This document shows, piece by piece, positions 1 to 12,765 of a stretch of DNA of 64,000 nucleotides. The stretch spans positions 63,922,001-63,986,000 of the forward strand of contig NC_043004.1 of NCBI RefSeq assembly GCF_006345805.1, given 5' to 3'. The position numbers were made by a program, and so were the translations under genes. Position 1 is the stretch's first letter. Each line of letters starts with the position of its first letter. This stretch comes from Octopus sinensis. Taxonomy: Eukaryota. The notes under the pieces were generated by a model. It did not search any database and was not told the origin of the DNA. It saw only the letters and a list, made by a program, of their open reading frames with translations.

Positions 1-150
1 TTTTCACACTTTGTGTCGCGCTGAATCTTCTTTTGAACTACGTTAAGGGTACACGTGTCTGTGGAGTGCTCAGCCACTTGCACATTAATTTCACGAGCAA
101 GCTGTTCCGTTGATCGTATCAGCTGGGACTCACGTCATCGTAACCGACGT
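1..150 (+). mobile_element. 3' part of tRNA-derived SINE family C (same family as 35017-35401)
   Basis: Matches the reverse complement of 35025-35165 (ctacgttaagggtacacgtgtctgtggagtgctcagccacttgca...gtaaccgacg); cut by the window edge. Confidence 0.85.
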
Positions 151-166
151 ATTGCTCCTATATATC

Positions 167-322
<156 letters not shown>

Positions 323-501
323 TATGGAAGATTAAATGTGAGAGTGCCTGTGTGGAGTATACTGATAGACAGAAAATGGAATGTGTAGTGTTTAGATGAT
401 CGTTTTCGTTTTTTCTTTGTATTGTATGTACATTTGCATACACACACACATACATACTTACATACATACATGCATATACATAAATAAAAATAAAATATGT
501 T

Positions 502-537
<36 letters not shown>

Positions 538-716
538 ATATAATATATATAATATATATATGTCATATATATATATATATACATATATGCACATACTGAT
601 ACCAGACATTCACACACGCACACGCCACACATGCACACACAATGTTTACATACATTTTAGTATTGTGTTTGTATTGGCCCCTTGTGTAACGTATAAACCA
701 GTTTTATTCTTACTGC

Positions 717-752
717 CATTATTATTACTATTATTATTATTATTATTATTAT

Positions 753-822
<70 letters not shown>
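717..822. repeat. (ATT)n-(AGT)n compound trinucleotide microsatellite
   Basis: Directly visible. Confidence 0.97.
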
Positions 823-1194
823 TTCTTTGTTGTTGCCTAATGTTGTTTTGGCCATGCTGATCAGTGACTTTCCAATGCTATTTTCGATGTACATTCTTTT
901 ATTATTAGCTGGCAGATATAAATTACACACGTTATTGTATACTAAACACCGGTAGTCTTGTCGGTCGAACATGGTACACACTTCTCCCCCAAAATAGTAG
1001 TGAGCATACATAGAAATAAGTTTATTATGAATGAAGAAACAGATCGATTTTTTTCCTTCTTTGACAAGCAATGGTGGCAATAGAATCGTAGAATCTGAAT
1101 AGAAACAGAAGCTGTGGACTATTGTGGTTACACCATTTTTTTCATTATGGGTTGAAATACCACCGACATCGACTTTGTCTTTTATAAGTATTCA

Positions 1195-1345
1195 GTGTCG
1201 AAGGCGACAAGTTGGCAGAGCTCTTAGGGCGTTTGTAAATTGCGTTCCCTGATTTTGTAAATTTCCTTCACCTCTTAATATTCTGAGTTCAAGTCCCATC
1301 AAAGTCAAATTTGCATTTCATTCTTTTGGTTTGATAAATAATCTA
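1195..1345 (+). mobile_element. Degenerate tRNA-derived SINE family B
   Basis: ggcgacaagttggcagag...ttctgagttcaagtccc...gtcaaatttgcatttcattc resembles the better copy at 61381-61640. Confidence 0.6.
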
Positions 1346-2398
1346 TAGCTATAGAGTGGCGGATTGTCAGCTTTAGTAAACGGTCAGTCGGGAGTGCTTG
1401 CGGTATGATACCTCTTCCGACCATTGCGTTCAAGTTCTACCGAGATTAATTATCTTTTCTTGTAACGTAAATAACCTACAACTCTATAGCAACAATTTAC
1501 TACAGTTGCTCAAGAATCAAACTGAAATGTCTTGTGGTACCTATACTGGCTCTGTGTTTCCTGAGATATTTCATGGTATTCCTTGAGATAAGCAACAAAG
1601 GATTCGGGAATAATTTAATTGAAATTCTTCTACCGAGCTGAATGACACAGTATAGAACCAAAGATCCGACCTTCTGCATCTTGAATAAGGTGTCAATAGA
1701 GCTACAGCTTTGGTTTTAAGAGTCCACAACAATTCAACATCTTGCCTAGCAGCTTCAGAGATTTGCCCCGTGGGGGTCGTCAAAGATTTGCGCCGTGGAA
1801 GTCGTCTAGACATATCTTTATCTGAGATACAAGATGAACCCATATTGTGTTAGGAATCACAATGAAGAGCAGCTTTATCTAACTAGCTACTTCATCAGAA
1901 ACCGTACAGAAAAAGAATCCAAACACACTGAAAGGCATTGATCAACAATGGCCCCAAACTCTGAATGAAACCAGTAAAAGATTAGAGATAAGATATTTGA
2001 GAAAGAAATAATAATCAGAAAACAAGTGTTTATGACATATTTCAATTGTTAAAAGGTAAATACACAAATATATTCTAACGTATTTTAACCGAAATATGTC
2101 AGAAATATATTTTGACTAACCTAAATTTTGCCTATACCTAAACACTAATTAGCGCTAACATTTCGTTACTTTCCTCGAATGACGGATTTACTAACGCAAA
2201 ACAGTCAACGTTAGACTGAAGTTTACATAAGGCTATTGCTCTATAAGTCCGTTCCGAGTTACCACTCTTAGCTACATTCCATTGTCTAGAGTCAATAAAC
2301 TCGAAATATCGAAGTCTAGGATTCCTGATAGATGACGACACTGAAACATTTTCACAATAAGAGATATTTAGCTAACTTAAATTTTGCATATATACATA

Positions 2399-3622
2399 CG
2401 TTGTCAGATCAATAATTATCTGGACTGATGGTAGAGTAACGACGTTAAAACACTTGGAGTGAAGCTGCTTGGCACAGATGCTTGAGCTATCTTGTGTATA
2501 CTCTTTACTCTTTTACTTGTTTCAGTCATTTGACTGCGGCCATGCTGGAGCACGCCTTTAGTCGAGCAAATCGACCCCGGGACTTATTCTTTGTAAGCCA
2601 GTACTTATTCTATCGGTCTCTTTTGCCGAACCGCTAAGTGGCGGGGACGTAAACACACCAGCACGGTTTGTTGTCAAGCAATGCTAAGGGGACAAACACA
2701 CACACACCAATTATATATATACATATATACGACAGGCTTCTTTCGTTTCCGTCTACCAAATCCACTCACAAGGCATTGGTCGGCCGGAGCGCTAGCAGAA
2801 GACACTTGCCCAAGATGCCACGCAGTGGGACTGAACCCGGAACCATGTGGTTGGTTAGCAAGCTACTTACCACACAGCCACTCCTGCGCACTAAGTTTTA
2901 ACGTTCTAGCTCACTTCCGCTGTTTACAGCAGTGCTTGGAAGAAACGCGCTTATCGTGTGATCGTCGCACTGACATGACAGATAAGGTTGAGCAGACAAT
3001 CTGTATCAATTCGGTCCTAAACTTGGCGATATCTGCACAGAGGCCTACGCACAGTTTTCAAAAACTTTTCATTGTTCGGGATACAACAAAGGAGATCTTA
3101 TGTAACTGAATCGGGAGTGCCTTTTTGAACAGCTGAAAGTAGTTTTGGCACAAACTTGGCAGACACGCGTCTCTGAAATGTAACTAATCTGCACGTCCTC
3201 TGATAATTCACGGATGGTGATTCGGCAATTTCCCCTCACAGCTGCACGCACATGTGCCATGTTTGTCTCGGTTCTGCTGGTTCTGCCTGTCTCCCAAAAC
3301 ATGCGTCAATATCGACATTTTTCGGCCATCTTGGAAACGTCTGAACTACTTGTAAACTTGTATGAGGCTCATACACTCGTCTCCATACACATTCTGAAAC
3401 TTTTCGTTGGCCTCTGAGAAAGTATCACCATGACAACTTTTTCTGTCATGGTCAATGCGACGATCACATGCTACACATGATAGTTCCAAGCACTGCTGTA
3501 AACAGCGGAAATGAGTTAGAACGTTCAAACTCAGGGCGCATGCACAGTAGAGTTCATGATCAATCTGTGCCAAGAAGCTTTGCTCTAAAGTGCTTTAGCT
3601 TCGTTACCATGGTAACAGTCCA
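2399..3622. mobile_element. Fold-back mariner derivative made of two convergent 5' ends, interrupted by a SINE
   Basis: TA at 2397-2398, then cgttgtcagatcaataattatctggactg. 2420-2495 plus 2886-3060 is the inverted counterpart of 3622-3430. The plus arm encodes MTDKVEQTICIN. The minus arm encodes GDTFSEANEKFQNVYGDECMS...RITIRELSEDVQIS...RRVSAKFVPKLL (mariner N-terminal HTH region). Confidence 0.8.
2500..2886 (-). mobile_element. Full-length tRNA-derived SINE family A (CORE-like ttgggcaagtg motif) inside the mariner left arm
   Basis: Minus-strand head aggagtggctgtgtggtaag...ggttccgggttcagtccc (A/B boxes), internal (CA)/(TA) tract, tail cagcatggccgcagtcaaatgactgaaacaagtaaaag. At least six other copies in the window. 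Confidence 0.9.
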
Positions 3623-3626
3623 AAAT

Positions 3627-4262
3627 GTTTGGTGAGAAAATGGCCAGTGAGTAGTCAGCTCGAAAATGCTTTAAACGGTTTTGCAGTGGAGACCTGAGCC
3701 TTGAAGTTCGTGATTGTAGTGGAGGCCCTTCTGTCATCTATGACGGTCTATTAAAGACCGTCATTGAAAAAGATCCACGTAAAACCACTCCGGAACTGGC
3801 AAAAGAACTTCATGTTAGCCAGAAACAATTTGAATATGATCGGAACATCGAAGAAGCTCAACAAATGGTTACCACAAGATTTGAATGAAAATCGGAAAAT
3901 GTGCATATATGAACATTACTCGTTGCTTCTTGTCCGTAACCAGATCGATCCATTTCTCGACCTTTTTGTAACTTGCGATGAAAGTGGATTCTGTACAATA
4001 ATAAAAATCGTTCTTCGCAGTGGTTAGACGAAAATGAAGTATCGAAAACCTTCCCTAAGCCTGAGCTCTTCAAAAAGAAGGTTATGGTGAATGTTTGGTG
4101 GTGTACTGTGAGACTCATCCACTATAATTTCTTAAAACCGGAACACCATTACTGCAACAAATATTGCTATGAAATTGCTAAACTGAATGAAAAACAGCTC
4201 CTACTCTGTCCCAGACTGCTCAAGAGAAGAGGGCCAATCATTCTTCTTGACAATGCTCGTAT
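3627..4262 (+). pseudogene. Mariner transposase fragment, cecropia/Hsmar1-like
   Basis: Joined frames give KRFCSGDLSLE...IEKDPRKTTPELAKEL...KKLNKWLPQDL...FVTCDEKWILYNN...KVMVNVWW...PIILLDNAR, with frameshifts. Confidence 0.9.
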
Positions 4263-4427
4263 GGCTAGAGACGGGAGCGATAAACTTCTTAGCATATACT
4301 ATACGGGCAAAAACTATGGGTTGGTAGCCAACTGGAAAAGATTTTTGTCTTGTATAGGACTGCCACATGTTGGCAAATAAACTTTAGTACCCATAAATAT
4401 ATACATACATACACACACAGAAAACAT

Positions 4428-4464
<37 letters not shown>

Positions 4465-4508
4465 CCATTCTACCATGTATATATACATATATAGGTGTGT
4501 GTCTGTGC

Positions 4509-4543
<35 letters not shown>

Positions 4544-4547
4544 ATAA

Positions 4548-4937
4548 TAAATATTAGGGAATAAATTGAAACTTACAGGGAGAAATCAGATTTAGGATTG
4601 AATCCAATTTTATAGTAAAATATTATATTATATTAAATTAAAGATAAAACCACTATTAGGCAAATCATACAATGAAAAACTTAAGCCAATACATAAGATT
4701 ATTTCATTTATATTATTTAAATATATAACAAGATTATTAAAAAAATATAATTAATATAACACTACGATCGTTTCATGGCTGTTAATTTCTTTAAATTTTC
4801 GAGTTACAGTCATTCATCAGGTGGTTTAAATATTTAACTTGGCGAGGTTTAATAATTGTGTTATATATTTAAATAATATAAATTAAATAATCTTATGTAT
4901 TGGCTTAAGTTTTTCATTGTATCTCTAATTTAATATA

Positions 4938-4945
<8 letters not shown>
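4548..4945 (-). mobile_element. AT-rich fold-back non-autonomous element with a hammerhead motif in the loop (Penelope-like or retrozyme-like)
   Basis: 63-bp inverted repeat 4668-4730 / 4859-4921 (62/63 identical), extended by 4621-4645 / 4922-4945. Hammerhead core lies between the arms; minus-strand donor-like CCT|GTAAGT near 4575. Confidence 0.6.
4759..4828 (-). ncRNA. Minimal type I hammerhead ribozyme motif (intact core)
   Basis: Minus strand: aaccac-CTGATGA-atgactgt..acagccat-GAAA-cgatcg-TA-gtgtt. Stem II pairs 7 of 8, stem III is the palindrome ACGATCGT, the cleavage triplet is GUA, and stem I is short (cac/gtg). Confidence 0.6.
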
Positions 4946-4982
<37 letters not shown>

Positions 4983-5027
4983 GTATATATATATATATAA
5001 TATATATTATTTATCGCATTTTGAATT

Positions 5028-5061
<34 letters not shown>

Positions 5062-5330
5062 AACTTAAAAGCCACCCAATCGGGCGGTTCTTGACTGGGT
5101 CCTTGGGCCCAAGAATGACACTTCATGCATTGACTCCATATTAAATTTCATTGAACTTATCAAATAAAATTGTGAATGTGCAAACAGTTTGTTCATTTAT
5201 ATAAGTCATTTGATTTTTATTTTCATTTGTTTAGGAGAACATTGTTTTTCTTTTTGTCTTTTGGGGTGAGGTTCCAGGACAACGGATATAGAGAGACAGA
5301 TCGATCGATCGATAGATAGATAGATAGATT

Positions 5331-5388
<58 letters not shown>

Positions 5389-6059
5389 CAGAGAGAGAGA
5401 GAGAGAGAGAGACGGAGAGAGAGAGACGGACGGATAGACAGTAGATAGGTAGAGACAGGGAGGGGAATTTCTTTTCAATCTGGAATGATTTTTACCATTC
5501 ATTTATTTAATTAGATTTTTATCATTGTATAGCTACTGCCATGAGACATGAGTTCAAGGATGATGACCTCTTTTAGGATGAGGAAAATAATGAAAAAAGG
5601 ACGGGATGCAGTCATCACTAATTTTTTTTTTCCTTAAGTTGTCACAAAGGAAGATAAGGAGTTCTAAATATAAATATGTAGTATATATCTATATATATAT
5701 TATTATATATATATATATTATATATTATATATATATGTGTGTGTGTGGTGGTGTTGTGTGTGTGTGTGCGTGTGTGTGGTGTGGTGTTGTGTGTGTATGT
5801 GTGTGTGTGTGCGTTCTAAATATATATATGTATATATACATATATGCGTATATATATCTGTATCTATATCAACATATATATATATATATATGTATGTATG
5901 TATTAAAGAAAGCGAAAAATAAAATAAAAATGATAGAGTTCAGTATGTTGGCTACTGGAATTTCTATCAAAGGGACATGGTATGTCATCTTCTTCTTATC
6001 CCACATACACTCTCTCTCTCTCTCTGATTAGTATCATTATATTATTATTATTATTATTA

Positions 6060-6120
<61 letters not shown>

Positions 6121-6121
<1 letters not shown>

Positions 6122-8601
6122 CATTAGTAGTTTATTTTTATTGTTATAGCGTGCTTTCACTTCACTACCGAGCGCAGCTCTGTGTGCCTTGGGTATGTGC
6201 TGTGATTGTTGTGATGCTCTGATGGTTATTGTATGGAAATGTTCTGCGTAGGATGTGTGCAGTGCCTAGTAGTGCAATTTTCTGTATGTTATATGTGTTT
6301 GTAAGTCCTGGTATTTTTGTTATGTATTATCTGAATATTTTTTTATCATGCCTAATGCACCTACTATGATAGGAATTGTTTCTGTTTTCAGATTCCACAT
6401 TCTAGTTACCTCTATTTCCAGGTCTTTGTATTTTGAGAGTTTCTCCATTTCTTTTAGAGACACGTTGTCATCTGCCGGTACTGATACATAATTAGAAAGC
6501 ATTTTTTCTTCATGGTCTCTGACAACTATATCTGGTCTGTTGGCCTTAATTTCTCTATCTGTGTGTATCGGCATATCCCAGAGTATGGTTGCTTTCTCGT
6601 TTTCTGTGACCTTTTCTGGTGTGTGCCTATACCATCTTTTTTCTGTTGTTATTCCATAATGTTGGCATAGCTTCCAATGTATGTAAGTTCCAACTCTGTC
6701 ATGTCTGTGAATATATTCCTTCTTAGCCAGGACTGGGCAGCTAGAGATAATATGATTTATTGTTTCTTGTCCATCTCCACATATTCTGCAGTTACTTGTA
6801 ATATTTCTTTTCATTACATGTCTTTGGTAATTTCTGGTGGGGAGGCTTTGGTCTTGTGCTGCAATTAAAAATCCCTCTGTTTCTGCTTTGAGTCCTGAGC
6901 TTCTCAACCATTGCTGGGATTTTTCTTTGTCTATATTTCTTTTGCGTTTAGTTTAGTCCAGTATTTACCATGAAGGGGCTTTTCTTGCCATCGTTTTATC
7001 ATGGTTCGTTGCTGTTCTATTTTTAGTTTGGATTTCAGTTTTTTTATAGCTTTGTTGTTTCTTCATCTTCTTCTTCTTCTTCATGTTTATTAGGTGGTAT
7101 GATTTCTTGTTTGTATTTGTCAGCTTCCTTAAATACTGAGAACAGTTTTTTGTTTTGCTCGTGTTTTGCCGCTATCTGGATCAGTTTTCCTTCCTTCTGA
7201 AGTAGATATTTTTGCAGTCCTATGGTGTTATTTTATAGTAGTTTTCCAGCTGTATAAGGCCTCTACCACCTTCTATACGTTGTATATATAGTCTTTCTAT
7301 GTCAGATTCTGGGTGATGCATCCTAGATCCTGTCATTATTTTTCTTGTTTTCCTGTCTATTTTGGTCAGTTCATTTCGTGTCCAGTTAAGGATATTGTAG
7401 CTGTAACTTATAACTGGGACAGCTAAAGTGTTGATACCTATTATCTTGTTTTTAGCATTGAGCTCTGTGTTTAGTATTGATCTAACTCGTCTATAATATT
7501 TTTTTTTAATTTTCTCTTTCATTTGTGTGTGTTGTGTCTTATCTAGTTCATGGATTCCTAAGTATTTGCCAGTTTGGCTTTGGTCTAATTCTTTTATTTC
7601 ATTTGCTTCATCTAGTGTGATGTTGTTACTCTTAACTAGTTTTCCTCTTTTCATGGTTACTTTGGCGCATTTTTCTAATCCAAATTTCATATCTATTTCT
7701 TTGGTAAATCCATGAACTGTCTTTAATAGTGTTTCCAGCTGTTTGTCATTTGCAGCGTATAGTTTTAGGTCATCCATATATAAAGGTGGCTGATCGTTTT
7801 GCCGTAACATTTATATCCGCATCCAGTTCTATTTAGCATATCAGATAGAGGTGACAGTGCCAAGCAGAAAAGGAGTGGAGAGAGCGTATCTCCCTGGAAT
7901 ATTCCTCTTCTAATGGGGATGTCTTTGGTTTTCATGAGTCCCTCTTTTGTTTGGAGGTGTAGGACTGTTTGCCATTTATTCATAGAGTGCTCTATGAATT
8001 TTATGATTGTTGGTGCTACTTTGTTAATGGTTAGTGTTTCGAGGATCCATGTGTGGGGGATGCTATCAAACGCCTTTTTGTAGTCAATCCAGGCCATACT
8101 GAGGCCTTTCTTCTTTCTGTGGCTGTCTTCAGTTATGGCTTTATTAATCATTAGTTGATCTTTACAGCCATATGAGCCTTGCGGCATCCTTTCTGCTCTT
8201 CTGGGAACAGTTTGTTTTCGTTCAGGTGCTTGTTCAGCCTTTGTGATATCACTGCAGTAAATGCCTTGAACATAGTAGGGAGGCAGGCTTATTGGTCTGT
8301 AGTTTTCTGTTTTTTCTGTTTCATTTGATTTGGGAATTAAGATGGTTTTCCCCTTCGTGAGCCATTCAGGCATTGTCTCTGGCTCTGCTAGTACGTTGTT
8401 GTTAAAGTTTTCAGCCAGCTTTTTGTGCATTCCTGTTAGATATTTCAACCAGAAGTTGGGGATCTTGTCATGCCCAGGTGCCTTCCAGTTGCTTAGTCTT
8501 TGGAGTGCCTGGGTGACCTCTTCAGTTGTTATGGGGGTCCAAATTTGTTCAGATGCCGAGTTTGTTATTTTGATACTCCTTTTTTTTGGTGGTTTTTTTT
8601 G
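6121..8601 (-). mobile_element. 5'-truncated R4/Dong-like non-LTR retrotransposon (RT, CCHC knuckle, restriction-like endonuclease), frameshifted
   Basis: YRPISL, WIDYKKAFDS, RGIFQGDTLSPLLF, YMDDLKLYA (RT); CRICGDGQETINHIISSC; RHDRV, RPDIVV, KEMEKLSKYKDL (REL). Flanked by (TAA)n at 6035-6120 and 8602-8660. Confidence 0.93.
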
Positions 8602-8924
8602 TATTATTATTATTATTATTATTATTATATTATTATTATTATATTATTATTATTATTATTTTATTTCCACTGACACCATCAACACTGCTACTTTTAATAA
8701 AACATCATCAACTCTCCCTAAATTTCTTTGTTTCTCTTTCTCACCCTCTCTTTTTCTCTACTATTACTCTCACCCCAGCACAACGGATAGTAGAAGTGTC
8801 ATTGAATAGTGAGAGAGGCTGTCGAAGTGTGACACTCTGACACACAGAAATTAGTTTTCGAATTTGATATATAGGTGTACGAGTGTGACTATATATTGTA
8901 TAAACATATATATATCTATATGTG

Positions 8925-8976
<52 letters not shown>

Positions 8977-9299
8977 TATATAACTGCGTGTGTTTGTGTG
9001 TATGTATGTGTGTGTATGTGTATATCTGTGTGTGTCTGTGTGTGGTGTCTGTGTACCTGAATGCGCATATCTGTATTGATTACCTAATTTTATTTTTACT
9101 TCTAAAATGTGGAAAACAATTTCCTGTGGCAATATTTTAACAAAATATACGATGTGAGTTATAAGTGTTTATCTCTATATTTAGTGTCATATTAGAGGAA
9201 ATTTATTATTATTAATATTCTTTTTCTCTACTCTTTTTATAATTCTATTACATACACTTATAGACGCATTGATGTCTATAAATCATATATATATATATA

Positions 9300-9351
<52 letters not shown>

Positions 9352-9671
9352 CATACATACATACATACATACATACATACATACATACGTACATACATAC
9401 ATACATACATACATACATACATAACATATGTACAGATCACAAAATAGATAGATACATGTGAAGGATGGTAGTTAGACTGATAGATATATGTGTGTGAGTA
9501 TACGTATAGACAATGTATATATGCATGAGAATATATACAAATTCGGTGCCTGTTGGTTCCATTATTTCATGAGTGAAAAAATGTATGATAAATAGGCATA
9601 CGACATAACGTATACTGAGTATGAAACCACACAGGATACAAACACAAAAGGTCCCTAATTCTTATTCAGTG

Positions 9672-9754
9672 ATCAACCAATTGCGAGTACACGGTTTCGC
9701 ACCTTTTATGGTAAAGGTCAGTTAAGCTGCGAAACTGTGTTAGCAATTGGATGA
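9672..9754. other. Isolated imperfect hairpin of about 75 nt (pre-miRNA-like or tiny MITE)
   Basis: ccaattgcgagtacacggtttcgcacctt (9677-9705) pairs with aagctgcgaaactgtgttagcaattgg (9724-9750) around an 18-nt loop. Confidence 0.4.
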
Positions 9755-9859
9755 GAGCGTATGGAGAATTTCGGACATTCTGTGTTTGTCTCCCGTCCGG
9801 CGTACGTTATGTCGTAATTATATTTACCATACATTTATTTATTTATGAGTATACATTAG

Positions 9860-9911
<52 letters not shown>

Positions 9912-10008
9912 TACACCTGTAGAGAGAGAGAGAGAGAGGGAGGGAGAGAGAGAGAAAGCGAGAGAGAGAGAAAGCGAGAGAGATACTTATCTATCTATCT
10001 ATCCCTCA

Positions 10009-10096
<88 letters not shown>

Positions 10097-10320
10097 ATAT
10101 ATATATATATATACATACATGTAACATGTATGCGTATAAACATGTATGTATATATAAATACACACACGAACACACACACACACGCGCGCGCGCGCGCACG
10201 TACACAAGCACACACTCATATATATAGAGCCAAATATGTACAAATTCTTTGTATGTGTGAATGTGTGTATAAACATGATACATATTTTATACTTTATTAC
10301 GTTCTACATATATTTTACAT

Positions 10321-10455
10321 ATATTTAATCGACCCCGAAAGGATGAAAGGCAAAGTCAACCTGGGCGGAATTTTAACTCAGAACGTAGCGGCAGACGAAA
10401 TACGGCTACGCATTTCGCCCGGTGTGCTAACGTTTCTGCCAGCTCGCCGCCTTAG
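10321..10455 (-). mobile_element. SINE family B, 5' half
   Basis: Nearly co-linear with 61505-61640; minus head ggcggcgagctggcagaaacgttagcac, B box gttctgagttaaaattcc. Confidence 0.9.
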
Positions 10456-10955
10456 AAACAACGATTATTAGAAGTGGGTTGGATTAAAAGAATACTTAGG
10501 GTATCAAATAACATAACTTGCCATATTTCTTTCTGTTCTTTACATTCTGATTTCAAATCCTATTATGGTTGAAATTGCTTTTCAATATTCTGAGGTAAAT
10601 AAAATAAAATACCTATGGTATACTCGATGTAGATTTAATCAACTGGTCTCTTCCATCAAACTGCGTCTTTGTATCTATGTAAGAATCTATCATAATCGTC
10701 CTTAGAATCACTGGCTTTCTTAAAATTACAACCCATTGATGATATTGTCATACGCAATTATGTTCAACTATATTTTCAAATGTTGATAGAGAATGTGTTT
10801 CCGTATCGTTCATGCATTTATATAATCAGCTACATAAAGTAACTGAAACAAGAAGCTTTACGTAAAAATCGAAACAGGATCGCAATGTATAGATTGCTAT
10901 ATGAGTAACATTCCTCAACAATATTGGATATTTTGTTCTATAAGGGATTTCATAC

Positions 10956-11085
10956 CTGGTAGCCTTTAGCAGAATCCATCTTCTTGCAATTATTCGTGTG
11001 AGGTCTCTGCTATGAAATTTCTCAAAAGGACCTCAAAATAGTGTAAGGGCAACTGTTGGTTTTCTACAAAATGTCTTGCCCAGGC
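10956..11085 (-). other. Candidate spliced exon (possibly 5'UTR plus start codon)
   Basis: Minus-strand acceptor gactaat..tacag|G and donor CAG|GTATG. No frame is open throughout, but aagATGG starts MDSAKGYQ ending in phase 0. Confidence 0.2.
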
Positions 11086-11189
11086 CTGTATGTATACATG
11101 TAGAGAGGATTAGTCACCCTTCACTTATGGACCCCCCCCCCCAAGCAACACCATCATCACAATCAGAATCGACTGGCAGTTAAATAACG

Positions 11190-11410
11190 TTTTCAAATTT
11201 TGGCAAAAAGCAGCAATTTCAGTGGGTTGGGGTTAGGTGGTTTCATCGACTCCAGAGCTTGACTGGTACTTATACGTTTTCTATTTCGAGAAGATAAACG
11301 GCAAAGTTGATACGGATTGAACTTGAATTTAAAATTAGGACACAAGGACCTGAAAGAAATGTTGCCAAGCATTTTGTCCGATGCACTAACAAGTCTGCGA
11401 TCTAAACAGC
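11190..11410 (-). mobile_element. Degenerate SINE family B
   Basis: catcgactccagagcttgactggtacttat...ttgaacttgaattt...gaaatgttgccaagcattttgtccgatgcactaac. Confidence 0.65.
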
Positions 11411-12655
11411 AACATGTATGAATGCATACAACTTCAAGTGGAGGTTCGTACAACATGAAATGAGAGTTAATGACCAAATAAATAAACAAAAGACGTACAC
11501 GACATAGAAATATGAAATATTTGTGTTTTACTAATAAAAATTATGATAATAGGCAAAGTAACATTTGACGTAATCCAAAACCTAATTCATATTTACACAT
11601 CACATCTGAATACCTAACATTTTTTGTCTTGAATATATACATTTCTGAGAAAGTAGTTCGCCTGACACACGAACATACAAAACAGTATAGGCCATAGGTG
11701 AACGGGAAAAGTTCGTAGTTCACTTGTCAAAGAGAACTGAAAAACAATATTATGGAAAGATCGATTCTGTTTAGCAACAATATCGTTTGCAATATTTATT
11801 TCATTCGTTTTTGTTGAATATCACTTATATTTGACAGTAATGTGTCAAGACTACGCCAAAAAGCGAAGAGTCACTTCAATTAAAAGCCGACACTTTGTAG
11901 AGTGAGGTCTCACAACACTAATGGAACAGTTGCTTGGCTTCAGAGGAAATATGAACGACATAAAAACCACTTATGTCAATATTGATTGGATGTGTGTTTT
12001 GAAACAAGCATGTTTCGTGTATGTGAAATGTTTTCGTTAGTTTATTTGTGTGTTAGCATCGGACGTATATTAAATAAGCCTTTCAAATACTTATTATCTT
12101 CTGAATACCTCATCTTAATAACCAGTCTTATATAATAAAGCTTGCAGTTTCATTTAATGACTCCTAGTACAGTGAAGTCTCTAAAGTTTATACCCGATTA
12201 TTTCTTCAGCACCATTAAATCAATAATTCTTATTCAGGATCGTAGCATTTTCTTATGAAAATTGTGAGCTGTCTAGGTGATGATAAATATGAGGGAGACA
12301 CTAGTCTGGTGTAGGTGCATAGAGGGACCGTTCATATATTTTATCGACGTCCGATTCTAATTATATTTTCAAAACAAATCTCTGCGAAGATCAAAATGTA
12401 AGTTTTTCATTGAGTCATCAGTGAGCAAAGACAAGATTGATGATACACCAAGATCTACTTCATATTAACTGTTCGTTTATACTAAGCGTTCACTTTTTTA
12501 ATATTATTTTTAATTATTGATTTGGGTTCATTAATTCATATAAACACATGAAAAGGGAAAAGTGCTATATGACTTCGTATAAGAACCTGCGGATAGCAAC
12601 CCATTGCGCATAATTTATTTCTGTTTGATTAAAATAAACTTGTTTGTTTCTTTTA

Positions 12656-12765
<110 letters not shown>

